64,000 nt of DNA from Balanoglossus misakiensis (taxonomy: Eukaryota > Animalia > Hemichordata): contig CM082577.2 in the NCBI GenBank assembly GCA_040954595.2, positions 18,946,303-19,010,302 on the forward strand. The letters are read 5' to 3'. Shown one piece after another: positions 44,633 to 60,039 of this stretch. The notes under the pieces were generated by a model. That model was given only the letters and a program-made list of their open reading frames with translations, was not told the DNA's origin and did no database searches. Numbering within the stretch: the stretch's first letter is position 1; each line of letters begins with the position of its first letter. Made by a program: the position numbers and the translations under genes.

Positions 44633-45432
44633 GATGGGTCCCCGGGATCTTTTTGCCCGTTGCTATGGGCCTTTATAGGACACTACACTCAATTTTGATC
44701 GAAACCGTTATGAACGTCCGACAAGGGGCTTGTAACTAGTTAAAAATACACACGATTGTGTGCACACCCCCTGTCCGAGTATGTTTACGGCAGCTACCGC
44801 CCGGCCATAGGCCGCCACGCTAATACGGCAAATCAGCGGTCAGCGATAGCGTGCGCGTCCTGTAACCACAGTAACTGGATCGAACGCTAAAAATCCAATG
44901 TTTCAGTTTTGTACACTAAGATTTTGTACCGTTCACGAAAATCCCTAAGGCTTTTTTCATAGGCCACGTACGCCAGTCAAATTTGACCTGCTTGTTGAGA
45001 ACGCACTTCCGCACAGTGTGACGGACGTTTTTTCGGTTTTCGTCGTGCTAAGAAGCGATACCAGTGGAAGAGTGCGTCCAAAAACACCCAAAATCGATGA
45101 CTTTTTCTGGTGTGGTACGGGTATGCTGAAATCGTAGGATACAACGATAATATTCGAAAACAAAATCCGTCACGATCTTCCCTGGTTCAAGCAACTAATG
45201 AATACGTATCAAGTTTGTTTTTGAGGTCACGGAATAAAAAGCCTTAGGCTTTTGAAATTTGACCTAGCTAATTTGCATATCAATGGCGTCAGGGGGCGCG
45301 CGCTCACAATCGTGCAGATTTTCAACTAGTTACCAGCCCCTTGTTAGACTCTGAAAACGGCTTAGTCCAAATCGGGGTGTAATGTCCTGCAAAGGCCCAT
45401 AGCAACGGGCAAAAAGATCCCGGGGACCCATC
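44633..45432. mobile_element. Kolobok-like MITE copy
   Basis: TTAA on both sides, same TIR. Confidence 0.85.
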
Positions 45433-46162
45433 TTAAAGCAATAGGTACATTTTAAGTATACCTAAATAGTACCTATTTAGTCCGGGAAAGTACACCTTAG
45501 GTATATTTCTAGTGTACTAGAATTTCGTAAGGGTGTTCCTGCACACCACCCTATTGCTGCACAATTCCTGCACAGGCTACCCTATTGCTGCACAGTTCCT
45601 GCACACAGGCCATCTTACTACTGCACAGTTCTTGCAGACTGTCCTATTCCTGCACAGTTACCGCTTGCCTTGTTCCTGCACTAGTGCAGCAACACCTCAT
45701 TTGCATGTGAAAAAGTCGCCTTGCAGCAGAGCTGCAGCAACTTTCTATTGCACCGGTGCTGCAACCGTGTGGTATTGCTACTGCACCAGTGCAACAACAC
45801 TGTGCAGGAGGCCTTAAATTTTCATAAGGGCTATAGGTATGCACATAATTAATGATGTTTGAATATGATACTAGAAATGTACAGTACACTGATACACTGA
45901 TCAGCTGACCTTTTGTTTACGCATACGCCATTGCTCCGTTCTCGATCTGTCTCCGAGTCTGAATTTTTCGCACCTATAGATTTTAAAGATTTTTGAAGTC
46001 TGCAAATTCACTGGCATTGACAAAACTATAACATAATAAGTATAATGTACGCCCCATAATGTACTCGGCATTCGCCTCGCACATTATGTTGCACAATGTG
46101 TGCTTTCGTCCATTATGGGTCTTCGGGGCGTACATTATTCTCTAACCAATGATCATTGCTCA

Positions 46163-46321
<159 letters not shown>

Positions 46322-46478
46322 CTTAAAATACCATGGAATCATAGAACAATGAACTCACTGTGTTGTAATGTCCATTTTCTCTTTTGGTGATTTTTTTATC
46401 AAAGTGTCACACACCCCAGCATGCAAGAAATTTCTCAATATATATACTGCTATCGCAGCAAAACATACCACTACTTTT

Positions 46479-46606
46479 AATATCCACCACCTGAGACACC
46501 TCTCTCTGTGCGTTTTTGGCTTCGGAAACGAAGCAAAAAATATACTCGATGTTGGGTCAAGGTACCTTTCATCCGATTTACACGTCCCCCAGGCGCATCT
46601 CTTCAC
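46479..46606 (-). pseudogene. THAP fragment copy
   Basis: As 386-513. Confidence 0.75.
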
Positions 46607-47186
46607 TATTCTGGCCGATATTTTAAAACCATTAAGTTCCTAAAACTGAAAAAAAACTTCCAGTCTGTCTATCTCTAACTGAGCGTGTACTGTAGGCTGG
46701 GCCATGTTGTTGATTATATGTGGGACAAAATGGCGGTTGTATGAACAGCATGACTTTTCTCGGCTCTGATTGGCTGAGGGTTCAGTGTGATTGACAGCTG
46801 TGGAACCATGAATTGTAAGGGAGCCTTGTGCCTTTTACCAGGCACCCGCTTGCGTGAACACACCTCACATGAATGCACCCACGATCTGACATTTACGGAC
46901 ATGCCATGCCAGTAATACCTCTGCCTCACCTTGTCAAGTGTTTTTGTCATCCCTAAGTGACCACCTGCGTTTGCATCATGCAACCCTCCAATCACCACAT
47001 TATGACACACTTTAGGCAGAATTAATTGCCATTTCACTAAAGTCCCATCAGCCGACTCCCATCTCCTGAACAGCACACCCCTGTAGACTATCAATTGTTC
47101 ATACATAGCCCAGTATGCCTTCGTGGCTGCCGAACACGGAGAGATCTCATTCCAGTCTAGTCGACTTTCCCTCCCCTCCCTAGCCT

Positions 47187-48974
47187 TCAAGACAACTGAA
47201 ATATCAGGATCACTAAGTTGACAATCTCTAAGCTTTTCACTGGACCAAACGACTTCCCTGGCAACAACCTCTGCCTTTGTTGCCAAGGCATTCTCCCCAG
47301 TGCCCTCCGCGGTTGGCCAGTCCTGCTCATCACAGCTGCCAGGATCAAAATTTTCCCAATCACCTGGACAGCTGTCCTTGTTGTCATAGCCGTATCAAAC
47401 AATCTGCAACCCTCTACTTTGGCATTTTTGTCCTGAGAACTGTCATCTAGTCTATCGGTCCCTCCACACTCTGGTAGTTCACGGTACAACTGTTCGGACC
47501 GTACAACACTATTTTGTCTCATCGATGGAGATTTGCATTCAAACTCTGGTGCAAGTGGATTCAACGCACCTGTACCATTAGTGGTGGTTGGTTCGTGTGC
47601 CATACCACACTGTTTGCACTCACGCACTGGTTTCCGAGATAGCGCATCAGCATTTCCATGGCGTACACCGGGACGATGGATACAGGTATAGTCAAAGCGA
47701 CCGAGTGTCTCTAACCACCTAGCCAACTGCCCCTCTGGGTTCTTGAAATTAAGCAACCACACTAATGCAGCATGGTCAGTCCTCAGTGTGAATTTCTGGC
47801 CCAGTAAGTAGTGTTTGAAGTATTTTGTGTACTCGATTACAGCCAACAGTTCACGACGCGATACACAGTACTTCCTTTCAGCACCCGATAGCACTCGGCC
47901 CGCATAACTAACAGGTCTCTCTGGGCCACCCTGTACTTGGCTCAACACTGCCCCTATGCCAATACCGCTAGCATCTGTATCCAGTATGAACACACCCTTT
48001 TCCATCGGAAAAGCCAAAACTGGTGCCGATGTTAGTCTTGCCTTGAGCTGTTCAAATGCGTTTTGACAATTCTCTGTCCAAGCAAATACAGAATCTTTCT
48101 TTGTTAAGTCATGAAGAGGACGGGCCAATTCAGCAAACCCCTGTACAAAGCGTCTGTAGTATGACGCCAGCCCCAAGAAGCTTCTTACTTCTGTGACTGT
48201 CTCAGGAATCGGCCAGTCTCTAATAGCCTTGACCTTTCCTGGATCAGTAGCAACCCCTTCCCGAGAAACACGATGCCCCAAAAACTCAACACTGCGTGCA
48301 AAAAGCACACACTTACTCGGCTTTAATTTGAGATTTGAAGTACGAAGACGTTCAAATACCTTGCACAACCTTTCCAACTCTTCATCAAATGATCTGCCAA
48401 ATATTATGATGTCATCTAGATACAAAAGCGGTATTTCCCACTGCATACCGGTAAAGACGCGCTCCATCAGACGTTCAAATGTACTAGGGGCATTACACAA
48501 CCCAAACGGGAGCACCCTCCACTGATAGAGTCCACTGCGCGTGACAAATGCGTTCTTTACTTTAGATCCCTCGTCCAGTTCTACCTGCCAATACCCTGCT
48601 TGGAGGTCTAGCGTAGAAAACCATTCCGACCCGTACAATGCATCTAAAGAATCGTTTATTCGTGGTATAGGGTAGGCATCTTTAATTGACACAGCGTTCA
48701 ATTTTCTATAATCAACGCACAATCTTTGTGACCCATCTTTCTTACTATTAAGTACACACGGGGCTGCCCATGGACTAGTTGATTCTTCTATCAAACCCCG
48801 CTGTAACAAGTCAGAAACCTGTCGTTCTATTTCTTCCCGTTTCCATACCGGAGTTCGATATGCGGGTTGCCTTACTGGCGTGGCATTATTGGTTTCAATT
48901 TTATGCCGAATGATCCCAGTTTTACCAATATCATGATCTCCCTGACTAAACACATCATGGTACAGTGTCAACAT
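47187..48974 (-). pseudogene. pol: Gypsy RT/RNase H, copy 4
   Basis: YLDD, DTDAS motifs. Confidence 0.95.
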
Positions 48975-49036
48975 CTTTGAAACCCTTTCTTGTTGGTAAA
49001 CTGATCAATTTTTGCAACTTCTTGTGTATAAATCCA

Positions 49037-49954
49037 CTACATGACCTGGAAGAGGAACATTGCTCCCAGGGCAGGCTTTTGCCTCTTCAGTGCCAGAGGG
49101 CGCTCTATCACTGTCAGTACCCCAAGATTCAACTGCACACTGATCGGCTCGGAGTAACTCACAACAGTACCAGCCCTCACATGTACAGGTTCAACACTAG
49201 CATTGAGAACTCTAACTGGTAAATGGGTAGATCTCGTGGTCACTAAAGCTTTACATGTCATAATGCCTTGCTCCAGCAATTTACCCCCTTGTACTGGTAA
49301 CACAACCGCTGTAAGACAAGTATCCGGGGAAGACTTATCTGTTCTCCCCACCCAGGTCGAATGAATTCTTATTCCCTGTGCACACCCACTTCCAACCTTT
49401 GCTGGTCCCGCAAACCAAGGTTCACTGGCGATGGGAGTCTTACACATTTTAGCCGGAATAATCATTTCATGTCCAGGGGGAACAAAAACGTCTCCTGCTA
49501 CCTTTACACGACAAATGAACGGTTTCATTGTACCAGTGTTACTACATTTCAAGCATTCCCCTTTAATGACTAGCTCCCCTGTCCCTGTATCAATAATACA
49601 CCCAATTGAATGTAGAAAGCTCATACCAATAATGCCATCAGAGCATAGTTCAGCTACTAATACCGGAGAGATAGCCCTAGCCCCACCCAAGCAGATATCT
49701 AGGTTAACAACTCCACTAACCATAAGTGGTGTACCATCAGCTTGGTTCACCTTTACATTTATTGGTTGCAATGCACCGTGAACTCCCACTGAAATTTTCC
49801 TATACATTTCTTCTGATATCACCATATCAGTTGCTCCTGTATCAACCAGAAAATTCCCCGATACACCACCGGCAGAGGCCTGTATGTACATACTTCTGAC
49901 ACTTGTATTGTTATTAGCCGGTTGAATTTCCCTAATATTTCCAGTAGTCTGCAC
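49037..49954 (-). pseudogene. Gypsy protease region, copy 4
   Basis: DTGA motif. Confidence 0.9.
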
Positions 49955-50025
49955 ACACTGATCAACTGCCTCCCCTTTGGGTCCATACTGGTTGGCTGAG
50001 GGTTGACCCGACTTCCGCTCAGCCC

Positions 50026-50739
50026 CTAATCGTTTCCCGAAACCTTGGGTCGGGTGGGACAGTCCCGCTTCAGATGCCCTGATTCATTACAGTGCCAACA
50101 CAAACGGCCACCAGAGGGCGCACCACTCTGAGCTTGTCCAGATGGGTTTTTTATACTAGTGTTGACAACACGGGCCTTAACCTTTTGGTCAAGTTCAGCT
50201 AATTTGTCGGTGATCAAATCAACTTTGTTTGCTATCACCCCTATCACTGACTCCAGAGTCTGAGCCATTTTTGCGTCACCCGCTTCAATACCTCTCACTT
50301 GTTTACCCAACCCTTTATTGGTTTCAGGGCCACGGCTTTTCTCTAATAACTGAAAATTCTCTTCCCAAACTGTAGCCTGTATAACGTCGTCAAGTGTGGC
50401 ACTGGGGGTCCTACCCGCTTCATTAACACGCCTACGCATAGCAGAATCAGTCAATGAATTGAAAAATGCGTCTATACATAGCCGTTCGAATATGTGACCT
50501 TTGGCATCAGGGTACCCAAGTGTTACCATTTCCCTGATATCCTGTCCAAGCCCACTTAGAGACTCGCTGGGCTTGAGTACTCTTTGTCTTAATTTTAAAC
50601 GATAGGTGTCTTCCTGTCTCCCAAAACCAAATCTATGATCTAGTAGTTTGCACAGTTTCTGGTATGTCAATGACTTTCTGTCAATTGATGTTAACAGCCG
50701 CTGGGCTGCCCCATACAACATGGCTTGGAGATACTTCAA
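50026..50739 (-). pseudogene. gag: Gypsy gag, copy 4
   Basis: CCHC knuckle. Confidence 0.9.
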
Positions 50740-52958
50740 CTTTTCAACCTCTCTCCACTCATTTATTTCCGCATAAATTTCAAAGTGTGCGAAATAATCA
50801 TGCCATGCAAGCGATCCATCATACTTATCAGGCTTAAGTATGGACCCGTGTTTACCTGTACATGATTTGCTATAGATCCTTCACTACGCACGGCGATATA
50901 CCGCAGTGCAAAATCGGTCAGTCAATAGTTAAATCACTTCACTGGAGAACACACAATTTCCATCCTCCTGAACCAAATACCTAGAAAACCCTAGCTAAAC
51001 CTTGGAATCGAATTTCCTAACAGACTATCGTTGTTTCCCGTTCCGGCAGATAATTGTTTTGCTACCGTGTAGAGCGGGTAGATGAATCCACCCACATAAG
51101 GAGTATGCCCCCGGCCCTACGCGGTTTGTGCAACGTGCCGGATCGAACAACAACGACGTCTACCCAGTATGCAAGATGGCTACAATATGGTGCCAAAACG
51201 CATACACTCGCCTACACTAACAGAGTTACTTACAGCAGATCTGGAAACCGATGCGTTCACCATGCAGTACAACTATCCCAACCGCTGCACACCAATGTTG
51301 TAGTTTTCTCAGCGTAGCTAGATTTCTCGTCGTGGACCCGGTAATGGTAGCGTCGCCCACGATGAAATCCTCCCGTACACTTCGACTGGACTACCAACCA
51401 CCTCGACAGGGTCGGATCGCTTGGAATAGTTGTCAGTGAACACCCTCTCACATGTACATTGACTCAGCGCAACACAAGCCGGAACAAGTAACAAGAACAA
51501 CGGATTTATGTGTATTTCGACTGTGTTACAAACTTTCACGTCTGCCCAGTTCGGAGGTGGAAACCCAAGAGAGCGAGAATGAGGTGAATCCTCAGCAAAA
51601 GTAGCCCGCCCCAACTATTACCCAATCAGCACGAATGTGAAGTTCACAGTTCCAGCCTGCTTCCTGAGGCTCAAGCAGCGGTAACTTTGCAAGGTTTTCC
51701 ATGACATTATTGTGATATATAGGTGAGAAATATATTGGAAAATGTCTTCATTACAAAAATATGTCGTGAAATTATTGACTAGCAAGAACCATGTGTATAT
51801 GTATGGCCAAGGGGAAATTTTTAACTTCTAGTTCTGAACATTAACGTTATTGCGCAGGCTACTGTAACCACAGTCAAATAATACATACAATTTTCTGTTG
51901 CACCAGTGCTTTGACCTTACAGTAATTAATTACTACTACACAGGTCAGGAACACTGAGAAGGCGGCCTTAAATTATGCATTTGGTATTGGTACATTTCGG
52001 ATATATCTAAATTGTACCAATTTTAGTCTAGAAATATGTATACCTTAGGTAGCTTTTGTTTTCAAACAAATGGTTCATTAGGTATACCTAAATTATGGTT
52101 CATTGGGTATACCTATTTATGGCAAAACGACCAAATCCAAGATTTTTTTTCCAACCGAATGAGGCATTTCAGGAATACCTAAATAGTACCTTTTCAATCG
52201 AAAAAGTATACTTTTGGAATACCAATTGGTAAATTTAAAGACCAAATCTGGACTACCTAAGGTAGCCTTTTTTAAAGCAATAGGTACATTTTAAGTATAC
52301 CTAAATAGTACCTATTTAGTCCGGGAAAGTATACCTAAGGTATATTTCTAGTGTACCAGAATTTCGTAAAGGTGTTCCTGCACACCACCCTATTGCTGCA
52401 CAGTTCCTGCACAGGCCACCCTATTGCTGCACAGTTCCTGCACACAGGCCATCTTACTACTGCACAGTTCTTGCAGACTGTCCTATTCCTGCACAGTTAC
52501 CGCTTGCCTTGTTCCTGCACTAGTGCAGCAACACCTCATTTGCATGTGAAAAAGTCGCCTTGCAGCAGAGCTGCAGCAACTTTCTATTGCACCGGTGCTG
52601 CAACCGTGTGGTATTGCTACTGCACCAGTGCAGCAACACTGTGCAGGAGGCCTTAAATTTTCATAAGGGCTATAGGTATGCACATAATTAATGATGTTTG
52701 AATATGATACTAGAAATGTACAGTACACTGATACACTGATCAGCTGACCTTTTGTTTACGCATACGCCATTGCTCCGTTCTCGATCTGTCTCCGAGTCTG
52801 AATTTTTCGCACCTATAGATTTTAAAGATTTTTGAAGTCTGCAAATTCACTGGCATTGACAAAACTATAACATAATAAGTATAATGTACGCCCCATAATG
52901 TACTCGGCATTCGCCTCGCACATTATGTTGCACAATGTGTGCTTTCGTCCATTATAGT

Positions 52959-54022
52959 CAGGTGGAAATTTCAGAAAATGAGCATTTTAAAAGCATGTCA
53001 GGCATTTTTTGGTACAAGCTGGGAACAAGTTGTTTTTGGATATTTCGAATACGCTGATTTCGAATTTGCCTGTTCCCAAAAATTCTTTTCACGTTTTCAT
53101 GTCGAAAATGGCAAATTAATTTGTGACGTCATAATTTCAAAATACCTAAAAGAAAACGCTGTTTGTAGCCATTATGGTGCAATATCACAGGTCAACACCA
53201 TAACAGTCTATTGAAATCATATTCTTATATTCATTTAAATATTTTTAAACAATTTTTTTAATTTAGAAACATTTTGTGAATTGGTAAAATGCTAATTTAT
53301 GTTAATTAGGTCCAGGTGGAAATTTCAGAAAATGAGCATTTTAAAAGCATGTCATTCGTTTTTTTGGTACAAGCTGGGAACAAGTTGTTTTTGGATATTT
53401 CGAATACGCTGATTTCGAATTTGCCTGTTCCCAAAAATTCTTTTCACGTTTTCATGTCGAAAATGGCAAATTAATTTGTGACGTCATAATTTCAAAATAC
53501 CTAAAAGAAAACGCTGTTTGTAGCCATTATGGTGCAATATCACAGGTCAACACCATAATAGTCTATTGAAATCATATTCTTATATTCATTTAAATATTTT
53601 TAAACAAATTTTTTTAATTTAGAAACATTTTGTGAATTGGTAAAATGCTAATTTATGTTAATCAGGTCCAGGTGGAAATTTCAGAAAATGAGCATTTTAA
53701 AAGCATGTCATTCATTTTTTTGGTACAAGCTGGGAACAAGTTGTTTTTGGATATTTCGAATACGCTGATTTCGAATTTGCCTGTTCCCAAAAATTCTTTT
53801 CACGTTTTCATGTCGAAAATGGCAAATTAATTTGTGACGTCATAATTTAGAAATACCTAAAAGAAAACGCTGTTTGTAGCCATTATGGTGCAATATCACA
53901 GGTCAACACCATAATAGTCTATTGAAATCATATTCTTATATCATTTAAATATTTTTACACAATTTTTTTAATTTAGAAACATTTGGTGAATTGGTAAAAA
54001 TACTAATTTATGTTAATTAGGT
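52959..54022. repeat. Three tandem ~355 bp copies of the element's left end
   Basis: CAGGTGGAAATTTCAGAAAATG at 52959, 53313 and 53669. Confidence 0.95.
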
Positions 54023-54838
54023 GACACGCCCATCTAAAATCAATGGTCTACAAAAGAGAGCCAACGGTGTTAAGTGAGGTGTCTATTCCAATGTTTTCAG
54101 GGTCAAGGAATTCAAATATGCAATCGTTTACCTTGTCAGACAAGGTGCAGCATGGAAAATATGCAAAATTAGCTTAATTAGTCATGATGTCATGCTAAAA
54201 TTGACAACTGAAAGCTAATGATACAACTCTGGCCTGTGAGGTGTCTATTCACATGTTTTTTGGCAAATGTTTGCATTTTAATGAATAACTGAAATGAAAC
54301 TTTTCATATTTGTATGTACATGTAATAGCATGTAAAAAACAACAAAAACAAACAAATAAACATACACAACGAGGATTTAGTTTAGACTGTACATGCTCGT
54401 TGGTAACATCGTGACCGATCGCTCCGTTAAAAAACACCAGAACATTGAACGTATGAACGTTTAGGTCCACAATTCACAAGTTATTGAACTATGAATGTAT
54501 GTTCAATGTTGTGAAAAGCCAAAAACATAATTTTTGCCAACAAAACTGGCAGTTGTTAATGTACAAGTTGTTCATTAATAGCGAAAGCATCGTATGGCCA
54601 CACTCACATTATGCCAGCACCGTATATTCATGCTTAGTTATAAGACGTTGAATGCACACTGATGGCCCGACGTCCTCGGTGTTTTTTTGAAACCCGGTCT
54701 CTAACAACAATTTCTCTTCATAAGTAAAGAGTAATGTGTATTTTTATTACGTTTTTATATATGATACTGTGTGCAAAGTGAACATTGTGTCAGTGAGGCA
54801 ACATATATACATGTATGTTTAATCCACTTGGGTGTCGT

Positions 54839-57051
54839 ACTTGGCTCAGATGTGCGTTAATGTGTACTAAACAAATTCAGATAGCGAGCCACAATATCTG
54901 TTGATGAGTTTCCATGGCAACCATTTTTTCATTTTTTTCAAAATGGCCGCCAATACAGATAATCTCACCCACAAAATAACAATTATAAAACACCACAATA
55001 AATTCATATTACAATATTTGAAACAAGAAACTGCTCAAAGAGTAATTTTCAAAATATATATCATCACTAAACTACTTATAGGGGTAAATACAGGATCGAG
55101 ATTCAGTCGCTAAAGAAATTCAAGTTTGGTAATAACCCCGGTTACAACAAACTTAGTTAAAACACTGTATAACCATATATATATATTATAATAGTGGCCT
55201 GGCATAAACACAATTTGGGCATTTTGTGATAAAAGTTTAACAAGTAAAGCTCAGTTGATTCGTTATTTTCCCCATAAAAATATCTTTGATGAACAAAATT
55301 CCAAATTTAGTCAACCCAGGAAAAAACGGCATCTTGTTTCTCAACCTTATAAATTGATCTGACCAGTTTCAATCAGTGCAGAATCCAGCTTTTCTATTTT
55401 ATCTTCATCAAATGATTCATGCAAATAAAGAATCACTTCCCCATAAAATGATGGCAGAAAGCAAGTATCATGACAGTCGATTGGTTTGTTAAAGTTACTA
55501 TAGAAACAAACTATGTCTAGGGTGCATGTACATAGATAGATGTTAGGAATCAAAATCAAAATCTGTTTCAAACTTTTCATCCAATACTTGTCCTTCGGAA
55601 AGCGTTTTGATGAAGTCGCTTGAAGTGCTTTGTATTGCTCATGTTATCGATAATTTTAATCGCACCTTGATGATAGTCAGCAGTTCTATTTTGACATGTT
55701 ATTTTGTGTATTTTTGAACCCCCAAAATCAGAGAATAAAATGATAAAGTGAAAATAAGCTTCAAAACACCAAAGGTCTTCAGGATCACAGCTTTTCTGTA
55801 AAGAGTAAGATTTCGCTTACTTCATGCTATTAAATGAAATGAAGTTTTCCGTAATATCTCTTGCAAAGTCAGATCTTTACACATTAAGATATTAGAATGG
55901 AAGTACATTCCAAGTGACTTGTTGGGAGCCTTGGGGCACCTAATCCCAGAAAATTGCAATAAGACCTGTTTTTCCATTTACCAAACTAAAGGCCAACTGC
56001 TCGTATATTTAGTTGGGTTTCTATAATTAACACACATTTTTGACAATATTTATGGCATGATGGACACTATTCTCGACAAATAAAATAATGTTGTGTCCTC
56101 CGGTGTAATTTTTATGAGTTTGGAATCATAGACACCATTTATCTTTTGGTCAACTCTGTTAACAGTCGCCAAAATTGCTGGAGTGGAACTGATACATGAT
56201 CTAAAGTATCAAGACATATGGTCGATTATTAACGTTTCAGCAATTTGACTTAAGTTTCTTTAATTTCCTATGGCATTTTGAAAAACATCAACGCCCCGAA
56301 AAAACGTTGTCAACGCTGCGGTGGCGATTGTGGTCGAAACAAAGCCGCGTGGTTCGTTACCCGGGGTCCATTTAGATTGCATTGCGTTTGAGGCCCTATG
56401 TCTGTCGACCAATAAACGTGACGACCGCGGACTCAGTTTGGATCAACGTCTATTTCGGGCAGTGGACTCTCCTATCAAGTTGATAAGGAAATTTTACCAG
56501 TCACGAGTAAGCCAAGCCCACATCCGTGTGCAATTCGAATATATCGGTGATCTGTTTATATGATTATCATTAGCTAAGGTGGTAAACTGTTGTGATTCAT
56601 ATGTGTAATTTACGTAGTCCGTAACTGCAAGTTAAATATCGCAATTAGCCTAATGTTTGACCATAGACAGTATGGTTTGACTTCGAGGAGCACCTATTAA
56701 TCCGAAAGGGATTAAAAGTTGTGCCTTTAAATTGTGTTTTGATAACTTACTTACCCCTATAAGTAGTTTAGTAACCATAATATCTTTGCAAATTATTCTT
56801 TCCACAGTTCCTTGTATCAAATATAGTAATCTAAATTTATTTTGGTGTTTACAGATGTTATTTGGTGGGTGAAATTATCTGTATTGGTGGCCATTTTGAA
56901 AAATTGGTTGCCATGGAAACTCATCAACAGATATTTAGTGGCTCCCTATCTGAATTTTTTAGTACACATTAACACACATCTGAGCCAAGTTTGGTGCTTA
57001 TATCACAAAATGCACAATCGCTATGAAAATTAGGGTTTGGCCGCTCCACTA
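54839..57051. mobile_element. Nested older TIR element (Academ-like), left tip lost
   Basis: Diverged inverted arms 54839-55087 and 56751-56990. Right end ...GGCCGCTCCACTA. Confidence 0.65.
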
Positions 57052-57638
57052 CAGGGCTTTAGACGGCCATATTGAATTGCCACATCGAGGCTCTTATCTC
57101 AAAATGAACTTCACACTTGAAGTGTTGTTTTGAACAAGGTTTAAGTCCTTTATTAAAATAAAGAAAAGGTAATTTTTTTCCAATGATTGTGAGTTTTTAG
57201 TACATGTACTGTTACACCTAGCTTTATTATTATTTGTTAACCAAAAATCAACGAATTATTCATACAATATGCAAATTTTTGCATAATTATTGTTTTATTG
57301 TTGCTAGTTTGTGTTTATACAACCAAAAACGTTGTTGTTGTAAACATGTATTTTATTTTCATTGTTTAAGGAGGTACGTGAACATTTCTTTGATGCTATT
57401 CATGTGAGAATTGCGATCCTTGGCGGCCATATTTGATTTGCCAAAACGAGGCTCTTATCTCAAAAAGATCTTTTGGGAACAGGCATTTTCGAAATCAGCG
57501 TAGTCGAATTGACCAAAAAACATATTTGGTTTGCTTGTACCAAAAAATGCCAGAGGGGGTCACAATTTCTCAAATCTCCACCTGACTATTATGGGTCTTC
57601 GGGGCGTACATTATTCTCTAACCAATGATCATTGCTCA

Positions 57639-58076
<438 letters not shown>

Positions 58077-58255
58077 CTGTTGAGGGTAAAGTAGAGAACA
58101 CAAGTGATTTGGCTTACAGACTGACCAACACAGACGTGGACAAGGGTGTTATGTCCATGAAAATCTACATAAATATGTACATTCGCAATGGCAGAATTCA
58201 TGAATGTTCCTGCAAACATCTTCAAAGAGCTACCTTGACTACCCAGTGACATTAA

Positions 58256-58879
58256 CCCTTTGAACCCCGCTCGGAGGTTTACCGCCGCAGGATGACCTTT
58301 TGACCCCTAATTTTTCAATATGCTGACGTCAAGGCATTTTCCCTGCCGACATTGTAAATCCAGCCATATGAAAGCAAGTTAGAAAGCTAGGGGACCCTAA
58401 TGCGACCTTCCAAATGACTTGAAATCGATTCCTATGCGAGCGACTACATAAAAAATAGTGATATCCAAGCAGCGATTTTTAGCGAAAGTTGACAGAGATT
58501 TAAAAATGGCGACCCGACGACAGTTACGCATTGATCCATTGCAAGACGAGGATGCTTTCTGGGCTCATTTTGACCGAGTACTAGTAGATAGTAGCTCAGA
58601 AAGTGAAGATGAAGAACAAGACCAGCCTGACATCGTTATGGACCAAGATGGTGACCCCAACCGCGCGAACGATGAAGAAGAATTTGAGCCAGAGCCCGCG
58701 ATCCAGCCACCCCCACCAGTTCGGCAACGAGTGAGAAGACTGCCCCGTGCCCGCGAAGTAAACCCACCACCTATGATATGGCAGGGCAACATAATAAACG
58801 GTAGGCAGGCTCCTATTTATAATCAACGACGTGGACCGACGAGACAAATGCCAGCTGACAGTACACCATTAGATTATTT
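58256..58879 (+). mobile_element. piggyBac 5' fragment copy
   Basis: As 7528-8150. Confidence 0.8.
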
Positions 58880-59382
58880 TCGGACATAAAGTCATCGTCA
58901 TCGTCGTGTCGTGTCACAATCATTATTTTGGACATATGCTTACTGTGTGATGAAAGGTGAGAGCGCAGTCAAAAGGTCGGGCTGAATAATACAGAGACTC
59001 TGAAAATATTGTACCTTATTCTTATCAAACACGTTGATGGATATTTTGACAATTGTGACATGTGAACATTTACAAAAAAATGAAATAAATTTGCTTCAAA
59101 CTCATTGGCAAAACAAGGACATGGAGTTGCTGTATATTTGTTATTATTGTGATATATAGGTGAGAAATATATTGGAAAATGTCTTCATTACAAAAATATG
59201 TCGTGAAATTATTGACTAGCAAGAACCATGTGTATATGTATGGCCAAGGGGAAATTTTTAACTTCTAGTTCTGAACATTAACGTTATTGCGCAGGCTACT
59301 GTAACCACATTCAAATAATACATACAATTTTCTGTTGCACCAGTGCTTTGACCTTACAGTAATTAATTACTACTACACAGGT

Positions 59383-60039
59383 CACGACGAAAACCGAAAA
59401 AACGATCCGTCACACTGTGCGGAAGTGCGTTCTCAACAAGCAGGTCAAATTTGACTGGCGTACGTGGCCTATGAAAAAAGCCTTAGGGATTTTCGTGAAC
59501 GGTACAAAATCTCAACTGGTGTACAAAACTGAAACATTGGATTTTTAGCGTTCGATCCAGTTACTGTGGTTACAGGACGCGCACGCTATCGCTGACCGCT
59601 GCTTTGCCGTATTAGCGTGGCGGCCTATGGCCGGGCGGTAGCTGCCGTAAACATACTCGGACAGGGGGTGTGCACACAATCGTGTGTATTTTTAACTAGT
59701 TACAAGCCCCTTGTCGGACGTTCATAACGGTTTCGATCAAAATTGAGTGTAGTGTCCTATAAAGGCCCATAGCAACGGGCAAAAAGATCCCGGGGACCCA
59801 TCTTAAAAAAGGGCTACCTTAGGTAGTCCAGATTTGGTCTTTAAATTTACTAATTCGTATACCAAAAGTATACTTTTTCGATTGAAAAGGTACTATTTAG
59901 GTATTCCTGAAATGCCTCAATAGGTTGGAAAAAAAATCTTGGATTTGGTCGTTTTGCCATAAATAGGTATACCAAATGAACCATAATTTAGGTATACCTA
60001 ATGAACCATTTGTTTGAAAACAAAAGCTACCTAAGGTAT
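59383..60039 (-). repeat. Inverted segment containing half of the Kolobok-like MITE (59383-59802)
   Basis: Reverse complement of ~39675-40332. Confidence 0.92.

Larger units (their letters stand above)
46811..51706 (-). mobile_element. Gypsy copy 4 (LTR 51296-51706)
   Basis: Same structure as copy 1. Confidence 0.96.
52955..57588. mobile_element. Non-autonomous Academ-like TIR element, 4634 bp
   Basis: Termini TAGTCAGGTGGA...TCCACCTGACTA, imperfect ~120-bp TIR. 3-bp TSD TTA (52952-52954, 57589-57591); empty site GTCCA-TTA-TGGG in the other monomers. Confidence 0.8.

Noticed and set aside
55347-55580. Transposase remnant inside the nested element
   Set aside because: No motif I can recognise; left unassigned.
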